From Octopus bimaculoides (Eukaryota): 64,000 nucleotides of DNA. Both the position numbers and the translations under genes were made by a program. Of the stretch, positions 63,203 to 64,000 are shown in pieces. The notes under the pieces were generated by a model. The model had not been told where the DNA came from and ran no database searches. It saw nothing but the letters and a program-made list of their open reading frames with translations. The stretch's first letter is position 1; every line of letters starts with the position of its first letter. Location: assembly GCF_001194135.2 (NCBI RefSeq), contig NC_068984.1:126540566-126604565 (forward strand), read 5' to 3'.

Positions 63203-63607
63203 ACTCTTTCTCTTTACTCTTTTACTTGTTTCAGTCATTTGACTGTGGCCATGCTGGAGCACTGCCTTTATAGTCAAGCAAATTGACCCCAGAGCTTATT
63301 CTTTGTAAGCCTAGTACTTATTCTATCGGTCTCTTTTGCTGAACCGCTAAGTTACGGGTACATAAACACACCAGCATCGGTTGTCAAGCGATGCTGGGGA
63401 GACAAACAGACACACAAACACACACACATACATATATACATATACGACGGGCTTATTCCAGTTTCTGTCTACCGAATCCACTCACAAGGCTTTGGTTGGC
63501 CCGAGGCTATAGTAGAAGACACTTGCCCAAGGTTCCACGCAGTGGGACTGAACCTGAGACCATGTGGTTGGTAAGCAAGCTACTTACCACACAGCCACTC
63601 CTGTGCC
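63203..63607 (-). mobile_element. SINE family A, young full-length copy
   Basis: Reverse complement of the 50203-50616 family. Confidence 0.92.
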
Positions 63608-63624
63608 TGTATGTGTACTGTTGA

Positions 63625-63800
63625 CTATTTCTTTTCTTTCTTCGGACTTTTCCCTTTCTCTGTTGAAGAAGCTATGCTTGAAACATCAAAGGCTCTCTCT
63701 TTTTACTGAGCGTCAAACCAATACATTCCTTGTGCACGTCCTCTTGTTGTTTGTTATTGTTAATTTTATTGTTCTTTTATTCGAATTGACTATATATATA
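63625..63800 (+). mobile_element. Penelope-type pLTR-like relic with a degenerate minimal hammerhead (63651-63692)
   Basis: CTGTTGA-A-GAAGC TAT GCTT-GAAAC-ATC-AAAGG followed by T-rich tail and (TA)n. Confidence 0.45.
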
Positions 63801-63810
63801 AATATATATA

Positions 63811-64000
63811 GGTGCAGGAGTGGCTGTGGTAAGTAGCTTGCTTACCAACCACATGCTTCTGGGTTCAGTCCCACTGCGTGGCACCTTGGGCAAGTGTCTT
63901 CTACTATAGCCTCGGGCCGACCAAAGCCTTGTGAGTGGATTTGGTAGACGGAAACTGAAAGAAGCCCGTCGTATATATGTATATATATATATATATATAT
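63811..64000 (+). mobile_element. SINE family A, young copy truncated by the window edge
   Basis: ggtgcaggagtggctgtggtaag...ggaaactgaaagaagcccgtcg(TA)n. Confidence 0.92.

Overview
AT-rich animal genomic DNA, most likely Octopus. This is inferred from the SINE families, the (CA)n/(TA)n/(CAT)n density and a short-read-style assembly with N gaps at microsatellites (26309-26410, 33641-33650, 35210-35895, 37226-37314, 41241-41806, 42474-42658, 49415-49529, 53984-54013, 56031-56040, 61158-61979). The only recognisable protein-coding sequence is one 66-bp exon of IMMP2L (mitochondrial inner-membrane peptidase, S26 family) at 62185-62250 (+). The preceding IMMP2L exon was not found, so the upstream ~62 kb is probably one giant intron, positionally equivalent to the vertebrate intron that hosts antisense LRRN3. 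The intron holds at least four SINE families, decayed RTE and L2/CR1-type LINE pieces, an internally deleted Helitron, a Ricksha-like MULE remnant and mariner-, piggyBac- and hAT-type MITEs. Almost all ORF-track entries are microsatellite, N-gap or TE artefacts. Best leads: (1) three unrelated 150-200 bp fold-back elements, each built from head-to-head type-I hammerhead-ribozyme folds so that both strands encode one, plus two single degenerate hammerheads; (2) a candidate antisense promoter/first exon at ~45.9-46.2 kb and a second antisense exon at 24.7-24.8 kb, suggesting a nested gene; (3) a ~340-bp-arm inverted duplication and an inverted SINE pair near the exon (potential ADAR substrates); (4) a ~150-nt AG-free zone with a tandem array of branch-point-like motifs before the exon, and candidate recursive splice sites. 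TE boundaries are approximate unless TSDs are quoted.
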